Assembly: GCF_001194135.2 (NCBI RefSeq)
Contig: NC_068983.1
Span: forward strand, 50,337,295-50,384,036
Reading direction: 5' to 3'
Origin: Octopus bimaculoides
Lineage: Eukaryota
DNA length: 46,742 nt
Below are positions 1-11,403 of the stretch, in pieces. The notes under the pieces were generated by a model. That model was not told where the DNA came from and did no database searches. It worked only from the letters and a program-made list of their open reading frames with translations. The position numbers and the translations under genes were made by a program. Numbering within the stretch: position 1 is the first letter of the stretch; every line of letters begins with the position of its first letter.

Positions 1-1
1 C

Positions 2-1465
2 CCCACCGAGCTTATCTCAAAAGACCTAGACCGTGTCCTCGCCTCCCTATTGGCTTCTCTCCCTTCCCACATTCATGACACTAACCACGCGCTTCGTCTA
101 TTCGACTCTTTCTCTTTTCCTCCCGGCCCTTCCAGCTTCCCTTCACTCTAGACATTCAGAGCCTCTATACAGTGATCCCCCATGACGAGAGGCTGCACGC
201 CCTTAAGTATTTCCTAGACCAACGCCCCAATCCACAACCCGACACCTCCACACTCATTCGTCTGGCCGAACTTATCCTATCTCTTAACTGCTTCTCGTTC
301 GCGGGGGATATCTACCAGCAGGTCTCGGGAGTGACCATGGGGACGAGAAAGGGCCCCAACAATGCTTCGTTGGTTATGTTGAGGCCCAAATATTCACCAG
401 TTTCACTGGTCCTACTCCCGAACTATACGGTCGTTATATCGACGACTGTATAGGTGCAACCTCACTCTCCCGCGAACATCTTGACTCGTTCCTCTCTTTC
501 GTTCAATCCTTCCATCCTGCCCTCCACTTGTCCTGTACTATCTCTGACACCCCTGTTCCCTTTCTTGACATTTCGGTCAGCATCCTTCACTCCGCCCTTA
601 GCACCTCCATCCATTACAAACAGACTCACACTCCTATCTCAACTTCTCCTCCTCCCACCCTAAACACACAAGATTTTCCATCCCCTATTCCCAATTCCTC
701 CGTCGACGCAGACTTTGTAGTGACAGCCATGACTTTGAGACTCAGTCTCAACTCATTGCTCGCCACTTTAGCCTGCGTGGATATCCACCCACCACCATCC
801 ACACCACACTTGCCAGAGCACGTTCTGTGGACCGTGCATCTGCTCTCTCCCCCCGAAACCGCCCTGCCGTTTCCGACCCCTCCACCTCCCACATNNNNNN
901 NNNNNNNNNNNNNNNNNNNNNNNNNNNNNNNNNNNNNNNNNNNNNNNNNNNNNNNNNNNNNNNNNNNNNNNNNNNNNNNNNNNNNNNNNNNNNNNNNNNN
1001 NNNNNNNNNNNNNNNNNNNNNNNNNNNNNNNNNNNNNNNNNNNNNNNNNNNNNNNNNNNNNNNNNNNNNNNNNNNNNNNNNNNNNNNNNNNNNNNNNNNN
1101 NNNNNNNNNNNNNNNNNNNNNNNNNNNNNNNNNNNNNNNNNNNNNNNNNNNNNNNNNNNNNNNNNNNNNNNNNNNNNNNNNNNNNNNNNNNNNNNNNNNN
1201 NNNNNNNNNNNNNNNNNNNNNNNNNNNNNNNNNNNNNNNNNNNNNNNNNNNNNNNNNNNNNNNNNNNNNNNNNNNNNNNNNATGACACCCCGGTGTCACG
1301 CCATTTCCGTTCTGCCGGTCACTCCTTGCAGCAACACCTGTCCGTCTTTGGATTGTCCGTGCACAGAGGCCATCCGGATCGCGGTTGCGCCGTGAACAGG
1401 GATTAATCTTCTCTCTTCGCTCCTTTGCGCCACATGGGCTCAACTCCCCTCCCCTCTTCATCTAA
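2..1465 (+). mobile_element. Penelope-like retroelement (RT plus C-terminal GIY-YIG endonuclease), frameshifted pseudogene; 5' end lies outside the window and the linker is hidden by the gap at 895-1281
   Basis: Manual translation across frameshifts gives ordered PLE motifs: LPSHIHDTNHAL, FTLDIQSLYTVIPHD (from 142), QQVSGVTMGT, YGRYIDDCIG (RYIDD at 432-446), PFLDISV, SYLNFSSSHP..SIPYSQFLR..RLCS, RGYPP. After the gap come the GIY-YIG C-terminal motifs PVSRHF..GHS and RREQGLIFSLRSFAPHGLNS, with the stop at 1463-1465. Confidence 0.93.
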
Positions 1466-2042
1466 CCCCCTCCTCCTGCCTCTCTCCCCACCACCCTTCC
1501 TACCACCCATCTCTCCCCTCTCCTCTCCCACCTCCCCTCCTGCTCCGACTCCTACTTCTCTGTACGTCTCTTCCCCTCTCTTCACTCCTACCTCTCTTCA
1601 TTCCTACTTCTCTTCACTCCTACGTCTCTTCACTCCTACTTCCCTTCATTCCTACTTGTCTTCATTCCTACTTCTCTTCACCCCTACTCTTTCTCTCATC
1701 TCTCTTAATCTCTCTCACTCTCTTCTCTCTTACTCTCGCCTCTCTGACTCTTACTCTCTTACTCTCTCACCCTTACTCTCTTACTCTGTCTCACTCTCTT
1801 CTCTCTTCCTCTCTCTCTCACTCTCTTCTCTCTTACTCTCTCTCTCACTCTATTCTCTCTTGCCCACTCTCTCACTCTCATTTTCTTCTCTCACTCTCTT
1901 TCTCTTCCTCTCTTTCTGCCTCCTCCCATACCCACCTTCCCCCTTCATTGTCAACCCCCCTCATAAGCACATCCCACCCCACCCCAACGCACTCCTACTC
2001 TAACTTCCCACTCCACCCCATCCAATTCCTTACACACCCCAC
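1466..2042 (+). repeat. CT-rich low-complexity tract, probably the 3' UTR of the PLE
   Basis: Near-pure pyrimidine (CT/CTT/ACTCT) degenerate repeats directly after the PLE stop codon. Confidence 0.8.
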
Positions 2043-2529
2043 NNNNNNNNNNNNNNNNNNNNNNNNNNNNNNNNNNNNNNNNNNNNNNNNNNNNNNNNNN
2101 NNNNNNNNNNNNNNNNNNNNNNNNNNNNNNNNNNNNNNNNNNNNNNNNNNNNNNNNNNNNNNNNNNNNNNNNNNNNNNNNNNNNNNNNNNNNNNNNNNNN
2201 NNNNNNNNNNNNNNNNNNNNNNNNNNNNNNNNNNNNNNNNNNNNNNNNNNNNNNNNNNNNNNNNNNNNNNNNNNNNNNNNNNNNNNNNNNNNNNNNNNNN
2301 NNNNNNNNNNNNNNNNNNNNNNNNNNNNNNNNNNNNNNNNNNNNNNNNNNNNNNNNNNNNNNNNNNNNNNNNNNNNNNNNNNNNNNNNNNNNNNNNNNNN
2401 NNNNNNNNNNNNNNNNNNNNNNNNNNNNNNNNNNNNNNNNNNNNNNNNNNNNNNNNNNNNNNNNNNNNNNNNNNNNNNNNNNNNNNNNNNNNNNNNNNNN
2501 NNNNNNNNNNNNNNNNNNNNNNNNNNNNN

Positions 2530-2565
<36 letters not shown>

Positions 2566-2800
2566 TGTGTTTCTGTGTTTGTGTGTCTGTGTTTGTCCCC
2601 ACAACATCGCTTGACAACCGATGCTGTTGTGTTTATGTCCTCGTAACTTATCGATTCGGCAAAATAGACCGATGGAATAAGTACTAGGCTTACAAAGAAT
2701 ACGTCCTGGGGTCGATTTGCCTGACTAAAGGCGGTACTCCAGCATGGCCGCAGTCAATTGACTGAAACAAGTAAAAGAGTAAACGAGTAAAAGAGTAAAA
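2530..2800 (+). mobile_element. SINE family A (tRNA-derived, CORE-like, internal TA/TG microsatellite): 3' half; head probably in the preceding gap
   Basis: (TA)n followed by gtttgtccccacaacatcgcttgacaaccgatgct...ctggggtcgatttg...ccagcatggccgcagtc...gtaaaagagtaaa. Nearly the same sequence occurs at 40120-40317 and 43838-43938. Confidence 0.9.
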
Positions 2801-2831
2801 TTTTAAATAAAATTTCTGTCGAATTTTGGTA

Positions 2832-3004
2832 AAAGGCCAACATTTTGAAAAGAGAGGAAAGTCGATTGCATCGATCCCGGAACATAACTAGTAATCACCA
2901 ATGAGTTCGAAAGTGCAAAAGGCAAAGTTGTCCGTAGAGGGCATTGAGTTCAGAAACTAAAGAGCCGGAAGAAATGCTGTTGGGCATGTGATCCGATGCT
3001 TTAA
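2832..3004 (-). mobile_element. SINE family C, diverged copy
   Basis: Aligns by eye with 8757-8920 and 30100-30300 (agtcgatt..atcga.ccc, gaaag..aaaggcaaagt, ..ttga.ttcagaa). Confidence 0.6.
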
Positions 3005-4727
3005 CAAGTGATCAAATTTGAAGTATTATTATTATTATTTTGCCTAATAATGAAAATTATGTAATTCAGTAAGATTGTTATATATCGTGAATCTTCCCTA
3101 TGTTACTATGCTTAGAGTAATATCCATAATATGGTTTTGGAATGAACATTTGCAGCTAAATCAGCCGTATTTTGCTATAATGAAATTTTTGCCTGCGTTA
3201 TGATAAGACAAATACTGAAAATAACATTATATCAGCCAGCGTATAAGAAGTAGTGAATTACACTAGATACATACATTTAATTACGTTTCTCTGCATAATG
3301 AGGCAAAATGTTGTGAGAATATATTGTCATAAATAAGCAATACACGTCATGCACCGTTCCCAAATTTGTTTCTAGTTGAAATATAGTATAAAATCTGCAA
3401 AAAAATCATAACATTGGAGAAAGAATATAAAGAATATCACAACCGCCACCAATGACACTAGTTTAAATAAAAAATCATTTTAAATAACTAGCGTGTCTGA
3501 AAGAAAAACACGTTCAGCATACAAGTATTTTTGGAGAACCTCACATGAATAAAATTAGCATTTGCAGCAACTCTTATAACACAGATATCTTTTGAAAAAG
3601 AGCGTTTACTTCCAGGAAAGTATAACGTAACTATTTCTAGAAATCTTCCCTTGGAAGGATCGATTCATAATGCAACAATACGTATTGTTATAAATGTGCT
3701 GAAATTCTGAGGATGTATAAAAATATACCTCCATACAAAACCTGCTTCATGGTTAATGTCACGTTCTTGCACGATATTACATCATCCAAACTTAAAATAT
3801 CCATTTTATATTGTTCTGTTTCCAACACCGTCCTGCTTATATTTATCGATAGTTTATAGGTATAATTATTGATCTTTTTTATTACTTAGACATAATCCTT
3901 TGATAAATAAGAACTTATCCAATATATGATATTTGTGCACAGAATATTTTATCTGCTTGTTTGAAAGACGACGTGGCAATGTTTGCTTTGTATGAAAGTA
4001 TCGATAGAAATACAACCTACTAACAATATAGTCTGAAGCATTTATCATAACGAAAGAAAGAGACATACTTTCTCTCGTCTGAAGTTGGTAAGGATGTCTG
4101 AGGTTTAGCACAAATGTATTTTTTCACAAAAATGTAAAAAATAAATAAATAAATAAAAGCAAAGAAAAACTACCATTGCCAATCGTCAGTATTCTTGGCA
4201 ATTCTTTTTACATCAATCGTACAGCCGGAGTGCAGAAAACTGTGACATATTATACATGCCACAGTTTATTGAGAGCGAATAAGCTGAGCAGATACGAATA
4301 TATATAATCCGACTAAAGTGCTTAATCATAGGATGTGACATAACTTTTGCAGATAAGTTTCAACTAATCAGAGAAGAACATTTCAACCACTTACAATTAA
4401 TGGCAATGTGAATTTATATGTTCATTATAATCCACTATCTTATATTATTATGAAAATTTTTGTAACACAGGCGATTATTAATTAACAAGATCAGTTATTA
4501 GCTTTTACTTGAAACTCTCAAAGTTTGCTTTTTTCGTGGTTCAGTGATTAATAAATGCGTTATTTCTGTGTATGTTTCTTGGTCTCAGTACGTCGCACAG
4601 CACCATTGGAAAGTGAGCTATATTATAGCTCTGGGTGCATTAATTCCTTACGAATAAATTTGGCTGAGGGAAAATATGTGAGGAATTGTTGTAAATATAT
4701 ATACGTGTACCTACGCACACACATACG

Positions 4728-4771
4728 CACACACGCGCACACGGACGTGCACACACACACACACACACACA
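4728..4771. repeat. (CA)n microsatellite, interrupted
   Basis: Direct reading. Confidence 0.9.
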
Positions 4772-6065
4772 TTATATATGCATATGTTTGTGAATATGCT
4801 CGTGTGTTCTTGAGTTTCTGCTTGTTTTGGCGATTCTCCCAGACACTGTTAAATAACAGGTTTCCGTTTGCTTACATCACCGTAGTAATGTCATTCTGCA
4901 AAAGTAGCCGAGGAGATAATTATCAACATTTAAAAAATAAGGACCGATTCCCATTTTATTGAGTAAAACCTTCACTTCGAAATTCCAGCATGGGCGTACT
5001 CGTAGGATAGACATAAGTGTATATATAACGGAAAATCTGACGATTAACATAATAAAATCCAATAAGCTATTTGTAAAATGGATTAACTTAAACCTGTTAA
5101 TAATTATAAACATTGCAGTCTTGTTTATACTTCATCTACTGTTGAAGTATTATATTGTTTAATATTCATCTTAATTACCACTTTATTGCTAACATGTTGC
5201 TGCTAGATCTGTCAGTGCATTTGTAATATATTTATTTGAGGTTCTACACAAGTGTACTTATATCTGAATTTATAAATTGAAGATCTCATTCAGCACACAA
5301 GGGATCATCACTTCCTGCAGATGATCTTTCATATATATATAATTCTATGAGACATTAAGGAGATTTACTAACGGTTGGATAGCTAAGAGTTTAATGAGAT
5401 TCACAATCAAAAGAAAACTAATTTGTTCAGTACAGGAATAACAATGAGTGACTCATTTTAAAATGTTGGACTGGAAATATATGTATTGTCCCTGTTCACT
5501 TTGAACTTCAAACGTATGAGGATAATGATTGACAAAACTAAATTACACTTGCCAAGTTAGTAGTAATAATAAATGTTGAAGATGATATATTGGTTGTCAA
5601 TCTTTTATCTGTACGAACACTAATCAGTCATTTTTATGAATGAGTTAAATCTAAGGATTATACTGTCATATATGAAATTTGAAATAGCGATTAAATATCT
5701 TGATAAGAACTCACACTTTCAATTATCTTTTTTTAATTTTTATTTTGTCGAAAGGTTCAGTCATGTACGCTGGATGATAGTGAATTCATGAAAGGTTTAA
5801 TAAGCTTTCTTTACAAATGGATGAAATGTCTATTGGAGCGGTGGTAAATTTCCTAATTAAAGATTTGTTATCAATACGAATACGTGTCTTTTGTAATTTG
5901 AAAGGGCTTTTCATCGTTCTTAACGTAAGAGCGAATATAATGTTATGAAATTGAAGATGATAGTCTGAGGAAAAATTCATCTTTGTCTTAAGTTGCACTT
6001 TCGAGGTGGAATGGATTTGTAAGGAAAGCATATAATTATAAACAATTCGGCCTGCATTACTCTAT

Positions 6066-6133
6066 GTATATATACAAGTGTGTGTGAGTGCGAGTGTGTG
6101 TACGCACCGCGCGTGTGTATGTATATATGTTTG

Positions 6134-6177
<44 letters not shown>

Positions 6178-6196
6178 NNNNNNNNNNTATATATAT
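6066..6196. repeat. Compound TG/TA/CA microsatellite with a 10-N gap
   Basis: Direct reading. Confidence 0.9.
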
Positions 6197-8306
6197 TAAT
6201 GTTCAATAGAAACTTGTACGTTTAATTCTCAAATCTCGGCGATATTCCTCATAATATATTGTTGTAACAGTCGAATGCGCTTCTGTTTGATATTATATTC
6301 TATCATTTAGCAAAATGATTTTATTTCAAGAATTACATGTAGAGGACCACAATTAATTGTGCTTGTTTAACTTTTCATGTATTCTAGAAAGTGAAATTCG
6401 AAAAAGATGCTGAAAGTGTAAACGTATTTCTGACGCTGCTCCCACTGTTATAGAAAGCACATGTCATATGATATGAATTAGCCAACGTTTTAATGTCTCA
6501 ACTCTCGTCTTATTTTGTCCTTTAATCTTCATACATCATTAAAAACAGAAGCCCAAATTATCATTTATAGTTTTTGCTATCATGCCTATATTGCTTACGA
6601 TGATTACAGCGTACATTCGTTTTAGGAAGTTGTTTTTTGTGAGATAATAAGTGGACCGCCAAGATAGCAAGAAGATGGCTGTGTCAATGATATCAACAAC
6701 TCCACACGGTTTTCAGAACATATAAGTAATTTGCCGTTGCTCTGCACGTTTAATACTAAAAATACAATATGGAAACTCAGTGATAGGAATAGAATGTATA
6801 TTTAGCTTGTAAAATCTTCAAAATATGCTTGAAATGATAGAAGAGTTTAACTAGCACCTAGTTTAACTCATATTCGACATCGTACATTGAATCTCAATTA
6901 ATACATCCTTAGGTTTGGAGTACATATATTTGTGGAGAAGCTAGCATGTCTAACTGTTTAATGCTGTCATATTAGGAACCTTTAAATGCGTTGATTATAT
7001 TGCAGTTATCCGGATCAAATGAAGATTACCCTTCACTCACGATTTTATTAACTTATTGACTGCATATTCCAATGCTAAGCATATCTGTCCTCGAAATCAG
7101 AGTCTATAAAGTGTCTGCAAATAATTTCTTTATTCTCCTACCCATATCCTGCGTAATTTATGTAACGAAAGATTTTATCAGGTGAAGTATAAAAAAAGTA
7201 AGCATGCTGCAAGATATACCGTATAAAATTAGGTCCTTATTACTTGAATAAGGTGACACAGTTAAAGGGAGAGGATTGACACAGCTGGCTTAACTATGAA
7301 AACGGAACCGTATCTCTTATTAAACCACTAGAAAGTTGCCATTTTTAATGTTTTTACGATATCACGAAACGTTGCCAAACATTGTTATAATTTTCATCAA
7401 CACATCTGTCTAGAACTAATTTCATCATTCAATATTTTAATATTTTTATTTCATTCTCTTTTAATTTCCTCTCGTCTGTTTTTACTGAAACCATATAAAA
7501 GCATATTTAGCATTTAGTATTCGACAATCATTTCGTATAATTCCTGCATAAAACTCATAAAATCTAACTATTATTTTTGCACAACTGACATTTTAATTGG
7601 TTAAGCTAAATAACATGATAATAAATCAAGATATGCAGAAGTAAGATGTTAAAGAATTAGGAAATGTAAACGTAAAATAAAATATAAAGTTACTATTTTA
7701 GTTTTCAGTATTATCAGTTTTACGAATATATTGGATGAATTCAGTAAAATTTCGGAAGAACAAACTAATAAATGTGAATAAAGTGATCAAATACACTTAG
7801 ATAAAATCTAATCTAGCATAGTAGAGACAGTCAGTGAATTGTAAGAATATCTTCAAATGTGTAAGTATTTCTTTATAGAGTTCTGCTGTTTGACTGTTCA
7901 TTGCCAAGACAACCAAGCTCCGTCTATGCATTCGTATATTTTCACACGCAACTTGTGAACTCTACTGTAATGACTATAACGTAATTTTTTTGCAGGAGAA
8001 AACATTTTCTCTGGGTATAATTCCAAGTGCATTGAGTGGCACCAAAACAACATTCGCTGATGCCTAAGACAAATATATAACGTCTGTTTTCCAACAAAGA
8101 AAGATCTGATGTCAGTTTATATCAAACACACCCGCGATAAAATAGTCATGTAAGACCACTTCAGTTAAAATTTAAGAAATGTCCACAACATCTGCCTACG
8201 ACCGCAAAATATACTTCGAAACGTTATGTGTTACAGCCCTGAAACAGTTGAACAATACGGACACCTCTTTTATTATAAAGGAAAGGAATACTAATAAATA
8301 AACATA

Positions 8307-8691
8307 CGCAATGGCCCAGTGGTTAGGGCAGCGGATTCGCGGTCCTAGGATCGCGGTTTCGATTCCCAGACCGGGCGTTGTGAGTGTTTATTGAGCGAAA
8401 ACACCTAAAGCTCCACGAGGCTCCGGCAGGGGACGGTGGTGAACCCTGCTGTACTCTATCACCACAACTTTCTCTCACTCTTACTTCTTGTTTCTGCTGT
8501 GCCTGTAATTCAAAGGGTCAGCCTTGTCACACTGTGTCACGCTGAATATCCCCAAGAACTACGTTAAGAGTACACGTGTCTGTGGAGTGCTCAGCCACTT
8601 GCACGTTAATTTCTCGAGCATGCTGCTCCGTTGGTCGGATCAAGTGGAACCCTCGACGTCGTAAGCGACGGAGTGCCAACAACAACAACAA
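8307..8691 (+). mobile_element. SINE family B (tRNA-derived, (CAA)n tail), near full length
   Basis: A-box tggcccagtgg, B-box ggtttcgattccc, conserved body and a ccaacaacaacaa tail. Reverse-complement copies lie at 15725-16119 and 46415-46742. Confidence 0.95.
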
Positions 8692-8756
8692 ATATACAGT
8701 TAGATATTGATACAAAACTCACACGATGTAGTGAAAATATTCTTTTCTACGCTACG

Positions 8757-8920
8757 CTAGGCACAAGACCCGACACTTTTTGGGAAGGGAGCCAGTCGAT
8801 CATATCAAGCCCATCACACAACTGGCACTTAATTCATCGGCCGCGAAAGGACGAAAGGCAAGTTCGACATCGGCGGAATTTGAACTCAGAAAGTGCTAAC
8901 GTTTCTGCTATCTCGCCGCG
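8757..8920 (-). mobile_element. SINE family C with an internal deletion
   Basis: The minus strand reads gcggcgagatagcagaaacgttagcac / ttctgagttcaaattccgccgatgtcgaacttgcctttcgtcctttcg. The B-box is gagttcaaattcc. It lacks the segment between gaactcagaa and gctaac that is present in the 30100-30300 copy. Confidence 0.85.
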
Positions 8921-9867
8921 TTTAACAAGTGAACATATTATGGGCACAGCAACTGTTGTTTCAAATGTGTAATATTCATATACACAAGAGAGGCCTCATG
9001 TTGGTGTGTGTAAGATTCCTAAGAAATAATTTATCAAAAGTTTTGTTTCCGCCTCAGAACATAGACTTATGGTTTATCTGATTCTTTTGTTATACTAACA
9101 ATGATTTTACTTCTCTTTACTGTATCCAAACTTATGAAATTCTTTAGTGTACATGTTATGAAGAACTATTATTCGTATTTCTGAGAATAAAGAAGATAAC
9201 ATTTGAAAACGAGAATTCAAACCGAGATGGCATTTAGTCGTATGAACTTGTGCCTCAATACTATGGCGCTATATCATTCTTAAAGCAAGAATGTTAGTTA
9301 CTTATAATGTACTGTTATATATCTTACTTTCCACTTTATAACTAGAGATTCTCAGAAAATATAATAGAAGTTTCATAATAGTAACATATTTATTCTCATT
9401 TCTCGCAACATTTTAAAAATCTTTCTTTTTCAAATACCTTGCTGTAGCTGATATAGATGCTGATGACAAAGAAACAACCATATCCTCTGCGTAAATAATT
9501 TTTTATGTTATTTCGCAGAATCTAACTAAATTTATATTTTATTTGAATTGTTAATATTTGTTTCAATAATTCCTGACGGTGGAGATATTAAGATATTAAG
9601 ATAAAAGGTATTAACGTATGGGCTAAAAAGATATATGGTGGCGTTTGCATTAAATAAAAAAAATACTACAAATATAAACATGAAAACTTATATATATATG
9701 TGATCGTGTTTGTTGATATACATAGTCATGAGCTCATTAATAAATAATATAAATATATTTATGTGTGACTGTATAGATAAACATATGAACATACGCATTT
9801 TCTTACACATATGCATTCATAGGTGTGTACCTAACGATACTCACTAGCATGTCCATAAGACACGTAT

Positions 9868-9873
9868 GCATAC

Positions 9874-9904
<31 letters not shown>

Positions 9905-9947
9905 TATATGCACTCAGGTAAAGTGCATAGAAACAAATACAGTTGCA

Positions 9948-9997
<50 letters not shown>

Positions 9998-10048
9998 NNN
10001 NNNNNNNNNNNNNNNNNNNNNNNNNNNNNNNNNNNNNNNNNNNNNNNN

Positions 10049-10081
<33 letters not shown>

Positions 10082-10090
10082 TGTGTGTGT
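9868..10090. repeat. Compound (TATG)n/(TA)n/(GT)n microsatellite with a gap
   Basis: Direct reading. Confidence 0.95.
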
Positions 10091-10229
10091 GGAGAATGGA
10101 GCAACAAATACAAGAAAAAGCAATACTGTTGGACTAGTTAGCCGCTGATTTATTACGTGGAGGTTATGTAATGAGTCAGTGTGGAGGTTGAGGTTATGTA
10201 GTGAGTTATTGTGTATGTTATGCAATAGT

Positions 10230-10281
10230 CATTTACGTACGTTTCAATCAAGCAAGTGGTTTGGCAGATCTCATCAGAATG
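10230..10281 (-). ncRNA. Type-I minimal hammerhead ribozyme (predicted, intact core)
   Basis: Minus strand: catt-CTGATGA-gatc(tgccaaaccacttgctt)gatt-GAA-acgtacgt-A-aatg. Stem I is catt/aatg, stem II is gatc/gatt, stem III is the palindrome ACGTACGT, and the cleavage triplet is GUA. Confidence 0.8.
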
Positions 10282-10716
10282 TTGAGGAGTATGTTCAGAG
10301 TTTGTGGTGTGCGAAATGTAGGAGAAGTGATTAGTGGGTGTATTAATGTATGTGGTGGTGTAATAGTAGCGATAGGTAAAGAAAGCCTTACGTTTTAGTT
10401 GGAGTTGTGTTGGTCTTCCTGTAAGGGGATGTAGGATGGGTGCTATTTAAGCTCATTGTTCCAGTTTTAGACAAATGCATCTCCACGTGATTTTATGATT
10501 GAGGGATGCGTCGTATATTTATAGCACCGGCGGTGTTAGTACAGGGAAGCAACCCTAAATTTAGGTGAAAAGGGGGCTAACTTTGGTCTTATTCGTAACT
10601 ACTTATAATTAATAATGCCCAGAAGGAAAGTTATTTTATGCAAATTTAGTTTTGCTTAGGAGGTGTGATGTATTATATATTTAATTATACTTAGAGAATG
10701 AGTATTTAGTAGCGTG

Positions 10717-10801
10717 AAGACAGATTAGACTAGATTCATATCTCCTGTTTAATAGGTCGTTCTTAGCAGTTAGGAGATATGAATCTAGTCTAATCTGTCT
10801 T
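10717..10801. repeat. Perfect 30-bp inverted repeat with a 25-nt spacer
   Basis: 10717-10746 aagacagattagactagattcatatctcct is the exact reverse complement of 10772-10801. Confidence 0.97.
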
Positions 10802-10856
10802 GCAACCATTTCCAAGAATATTTATTTTACACATCACATATAGCCAAATACATAAC

Positions 10857-10967
10857 TGGCTGTGTGATGAGAAGCTTGTTTCCCAACCACATGGTTCCGG
10901 ATTCAGTCCCACTACGTGGCACCTTCAAGTAGTATTTTCTAATATAGTTTTGGGCCAGCCAAATCTT
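10857..10967 (+). mobile_element. SINE family A head fragment
   Basis: tggctgtgtgatgagaagcttgtttcccaaccacatggttccggattcagtcccactacgtggcacc, homologous to the 14890 and 20582 heads (A/B boxes). Confidence 0.8.
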
Positions 10968-11003
10968 CTAAACGTCTCCAGTGGTGAAATGATTAAAGAA
11001 GAC

Positions 11004-11150
11004 TCTCTATTTATGGAAAATGGGATTCTTTGTCAAACGGTTAAAATGACCCAAGACTTGTTGGAAAAGAATGGCATTAGAAAGCTTCCATAGCCAAGCC
11101 ATTCACAAGATATGAACCCTATTGAACACCTCTGGGGCATAATGGATAGG
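11004..11150 (+). pseudogene. Tc1-type (DD34E) transposase fragment
   Basis: FMENGILCQTVKMTQDLLEKNGIRKLP*PSHSQDMNPIEHLWGIMDR. There are exactly 34 residues between the second-D position (mutated to N) and E. W is replaced by a stop at 11091-11093. It matches the Tc1 WPxxSPDLNPIExLW motif. Confidence 0.85.
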
Positions 11151-11304
11151 TCATATCATAAACAAAAAAAAAAAGAAAAAGAGCATGTCTACCAAATATT
11201 AGCTGTTCACATTATAACAACTAACAAATAATTTGAATGCATAATTTTAGTATTAAATAAAGTTTAATGATTATACGGGTGTCTATTTCCATCTTTCATG
11301 TTTG

Positions 11305-11305
<1 letters not shown>

Positions 11306-11402
<97 letters not shown>
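11306..11402. repeat. (CA)n(TA)n microsatellite
   Basis: Direct reading. Confidence 0.95.

Positions 11403-11403
<1 letters not shown>

Larger units (their letters stand above)
10095..10801 (-). mobile_element. 5'-truncated Penelope-like element 3' end (last 29 codons, 3' UTR with hammerhead, terminal fold-back)
   Basis: Minus strand 10770-10681 encodes TAKNDLLNRRYESSLICLHATKYSFSKYN*, which resembles the LLNxRxExxxxCxH C-terminal tail of PLE GIY-YIG ORFs (recalled family motif). It is followed by a CA-rich UTR containing a hammerhead core at 10230-10281. Confidence 0.7.

Noticed and set aside
1425-2003. 192-aa Ser/Leu/Pro-rich ORF
   Set aside because: It is the translation of a CT-only low-complexity tract, which is naturally stop-poor.
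528-2646. Long ORFs in the ORF track running through X stretches (also 17259-18308, 31254-31861, 43349-43882, 45551-46009)
   Set aside because: They are artefacts of N-gaps, which contain no stop codons, combined with microsatellites.
3500-5162. Cluster of 55-80-codon open stretches on both strands, some with splice-like ends (e.g. 3729-3832 minus, 4877-5113 minus with a faint GPCR TM7-like NSLLDF)
   Set aside because: ORFs of this size are expected by chance at this base composition. They overlap on opposite strands and show no convincing domain.
5755-5843. Possible plus-strand exon VQSCTLDDSEFMKGLISFLYKWMKCLLER
   Set aside because: The acceptor is ambiguous, the donor is only moderate and there is no homology evidence; it cannot be distinguished from chance.
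8307-8385. tRNA-like sequences here and at 16040-16119, 20582-20650, 23950-24016 and 36375-36440
   Set aside because: They have A/B boxes but no complete acceptor stem or cloverleaf and continue into repeat bodies, so they are SINE heads, not tRNA genes.
8527-8972. ORFs overlapping SINE B/C (also 15544-15986 and 46258-46651)
   Set aside because: The shared peptides come from the same GC-richer SINE sequence, not from a gene family.
9460-9475. CTGATGA-caaa-GAAAC hammerhead-like core
   Set aside because: There is no room for stem II and no stem I or III pairing; chance match.
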